DNA of 50,797 nucleotides, filler included, from Sphacelaria rigidula (lineage: Eukaryota): assembly GCA_964200075.2 (NCBI GenBank). It is 3 parts of 3 records of this genome, joined end to end, with 100 filler letters (N's around TTAATTAATTAA, not from the genome) between each part and the next. Parts side by side here need not be neighbours in the genome. Positions count along the whole stretch, not along the records: positions 33,940 to 50,797 come from CAXNAA020001233.1; 2 more parts are not named here. One strand, given 5' to 3'. Positions 48,170-50,797 of the stretch are shown piece after piece; the first letter of the stretch is position 1, and each line of letters opens with the position of its first letter. Position numbers and translations under genes: made by a program. The notes beneath the pieces were generated by a model. That model had not been told where the DNA came from and did no database searches. It worked only from the letters and a program-made list of their open reading frames with translations.

Positions 48170-49030
48170 CGCCTTCCGAGGGTCCCAGTACAAAGATCCC
48201 CTGAAGGCGGTACAGCATGACTCATGAGAAAAAAAGAATAACATGATGCGTCCCGGGATAGTCCAAGGAACACATGTACAAAGTTTAGTGGAGAAACTCG
48301 AAAATCTCACACAAATTCTCCCTGCCTCGACGTGAAATTCACCCAAAAAAGAGGTTTTCATACTAGAATCAAGTAGTTGAGAGTTTGCACGTTTTGAGCT
48401 CACATCCTCGCACAAACGCTCAAACCTCCACGCAGTTATTCGGAGTTAGACCTGGTTAGACCCTGAAACTTTGCACAAATGTGGTATGAATCATTACGCA
48501 CGTTTCGACCAACGAGGTTTTTCTACTCGTTGAAATTCTTGGCGTTTTTCGGGGGTCCGACGGGATCCAAGTCGTTTTTTCGAAGTCGTCTATACTGGGA
48601 CCCCGGAAAGCCAGCACTACGATATTTTATTCAGTATTTTCGCAAACTCTCTGTCACCGCAAAACCCAAGGAAAAACCCCACAGAGTTACGTAGCCCAAC
48701 TCGATTAACTGGTGCTTGAATTTTCAGGTCACGTCAAAGAAGGCCCAAAAACGCCATTTTCATACTAAAATCTAGTGGTTCGCCGTTTCTCCGTGGCTCG
48801 GCAAGGTTGATCGCACAAACGCGAAAAACTTTACGCCGTTTTAAGGAGTTAGACCCTGAAATTTTGCACAGGTGTTCAGTGGGTCAATACGCAACTTTGG
48901 ATGAACGACGTTGTTTATGAATTTTCTTTGCCGTTTCACGGGGGTCCGACTGGATCGAAGTTTCCCCGAAAAACTGGGACCCCGGAAAAACGGTGAAGAA
49001 ATTCAAAAAGTGAAAAAAAAAAACTCGACC
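48170..49030. repeat. Diverged direct repeats about 400 bp apart, probably from a DNA-transposon subterminal region
   Basis: TTTTCATACTA.AATC...CGCACAAACGC...GGAGTTAGACC...CCCTGAAA.TTTGCACA...TACGCA...GGGGGTCCGAC.GGATC...ACTGGGACCCC occurs at about 48355-48610 and 48757-48990, with an inverted GGGTCCCAGT at 48180. Confidence 0.7.
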
Positions 49031-49217
49031 TTGTAATGTTGCGTTACAAACCACGACTAATACCACATCGTGCCTCACAGCTTTTCATACGCTGATCACG
49101 AGATACACGGCGCGCGAAACAAAGCTCGATAGCTCGGCCATAGCTTTCAATCGGCTGGTTGATGGTGTGCTTGATGTTGTCTCAATCCGTTGTGAGCTGA
49201 CGGTCGCCCAAGGATAG

Positions 49218-49322
49218 AGGGCGGGGGTGTACTCATGATCTTGCATGCCATAATCATTCGACCATTGACCTCGCATCCCTACAAAGCGGGGACGGAGCAC
49301 GCCGGTTTCGCCGGACCAGGCT
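49218..49322 (-). repeat. Dispersed repeat related to the LINE 3' terminus (second partial copy at 49750-49797)
   Basis: Matches 14768-14855; CCTACAAAGC.GGGAC.GAGCACGCCGG.TTTCGCCGGACCAGGCT is repeated at 49751. Confidence 0.7.
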
Positions 49323-50797
49323 CGCAATCAATCACCAAGCGTGAAGCGCCGTGGTGTGCTCGGAGATTCGCATGAAGGGGGAGCTGCATCCTGCTAAGAT
49401 TGCTCGGCCTGAAGCGTACTGATTATCTCGCATTTGGATGACAGCCTCCAATGAGTTGCGTCATTTCATGGTATCGCCACTTCCAAAGACAACAACGGCT
49501 TTTACACTGCTTCATGGGTGTCTTGTCATTTCAACACGACGTGGTACGATCATCTCCGTTGCGCGGAGTCAAGATTCTGTCACCCCGCACAAGATGATCT
49601 GTTGTAGCTCGACCACCGTCATGGCTACAGCAAAAAACAACGCAAGCGTGCAAAAAAAATCGGTAACCAACCTGGTCGCCTAGCTGACGCAGCGAGTGGC
49701 GTGTTTCACAGCGTCATCGCCAACCGACCTCACCTCATAGAGAGTCCGCTCCTACAAAGCCGGGACAGAGCACGCCGGGTTTCGCCGGACCAGGCTAAGG
49801 GGGGGGGGGGGTTACAACATCATCCCCGCCGCGCTCTTGTCCCGTATGGTATCAAGTTAAGGTCGTGTTTGTTCCGTGAAATAAGCTCACACAAGATCAC
49901 AGATGTTTTCAGTCGGACAGAAGGATGACATACATGTTGTTCACAACAGGCAGCAGTGGAAACGCCTCTTACCCCACTTGAGAATAAACATACGATCCCC
50001 CCCTATCTTCGAACTGCTCCTGAAGCAGCGTGGTCTACCTTGGACACCTATGTCAGTCAGACTGACGGTTTGGTGAAAAAACAAACCAACAGTATTTCAC
50101 GACATTATTGTTTCTTGCCCAACATCGCATCAACACCACTTGAGTATATTGCCTCATATTGCGGAGGACCTCGGCTACCACTACGGCTGTCAGGCGTCCA
50201 GCCTGGGTGTCTATGGTTGGTGGGATATACCTCGAAGCGTTGAGCACACGTTTCTGATGGTTACATTTGGCGACCATGTGACGAAACTCGGACTTTGGTC
50301 GAGGGGCGGCATATCGTTCAGCTTAGGCATCACACACATTTTGACTCTCTATCGTTATTGTTGCATTATGGTTATTTCCGCACATTAGTCCGATCTCTCG
50401 AGTCCGTGGTCACAGACGTAGGCTCGTCTTTCCAATACCGTCCCTGCTATTCCTTACAAGAAAGAGAGTCCTTCGTCATTTGTTTTGACTCCAAATCCAA
50501 GTAAACCACTAGGCTGCCAGACGTGGCCAAACGTCTGAACATGAAGGTGATCCACGTCATGCAAGTATGCTTTTGGAGTCGGAGAAAGGACTTACACTGC
50601 TTTCGAGATTTCGGTACGAGTTGACCACGAGTCAGCAAGGTCGAACTGATGTGGTGATAAAAACACACCAGGGTAAACAAGGTTTTCGTGAGATTGATAG
50701 TTGGGTGCGGATTGAGAGTTGCTTTGATCGTTCGCTTCAACTTGGCCAATTTTTCATTCTGTGTGTGCTTTTCGTCGTCTCATCACTGCCATGTGCT

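Noticed and set aside
1-50797. MSH4, PP1, MFS and XRN as a functional cluster, or MSH4 and PP1 as truncated pseudogenes
   Set aside because: They lie on separate contigs joined by artificial spacers, and the visible exons have no stops or frameshifts.

Overview
Eukaryotic, intron-rich and repeat-rich nuclear DNA, most likely from a brown alga (inferred from gene structure, TTAGGG repeats and a stramenopile-type MFS tail). The window is three unlinked contigs (1-16870, 16971-33839, 33940-50797; 16,870, 16,869 and 16,858 bp) joined by artificial 100-nt N44-TTAATTAATTAA-N44 spacers, so adjacency across spacers is meaningless. Contig 1 holds six internal exons of MSH4 (+) with 1.9-3.1 kb TE-filled introns. 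Contig 2 holds the first two coding exons of a PP1 catalytic subunit (+). Contig 3 holds the last two exons of an MFS transporter (+), an 11-exon XRN-family 5'-3' exoribonuclease (-, about 794 aa), and a possible first exon of a divergent gene. The XRN is the most unusual feature: all seven acidic catalytic residues are intact, it lacks the canonical start Met and needs an N-terminal extension (signal-peptide-like as modelled), and it carries a dsRBD-like insert between its conserved regions. The rest is LINE relics, two modular tRNA-derived SINE families, and nested non-autonomous DNA transposons with TIRs and TSDs. Gene models and family calls were made by eye from splice signals and remembered motifs; no database search was run.
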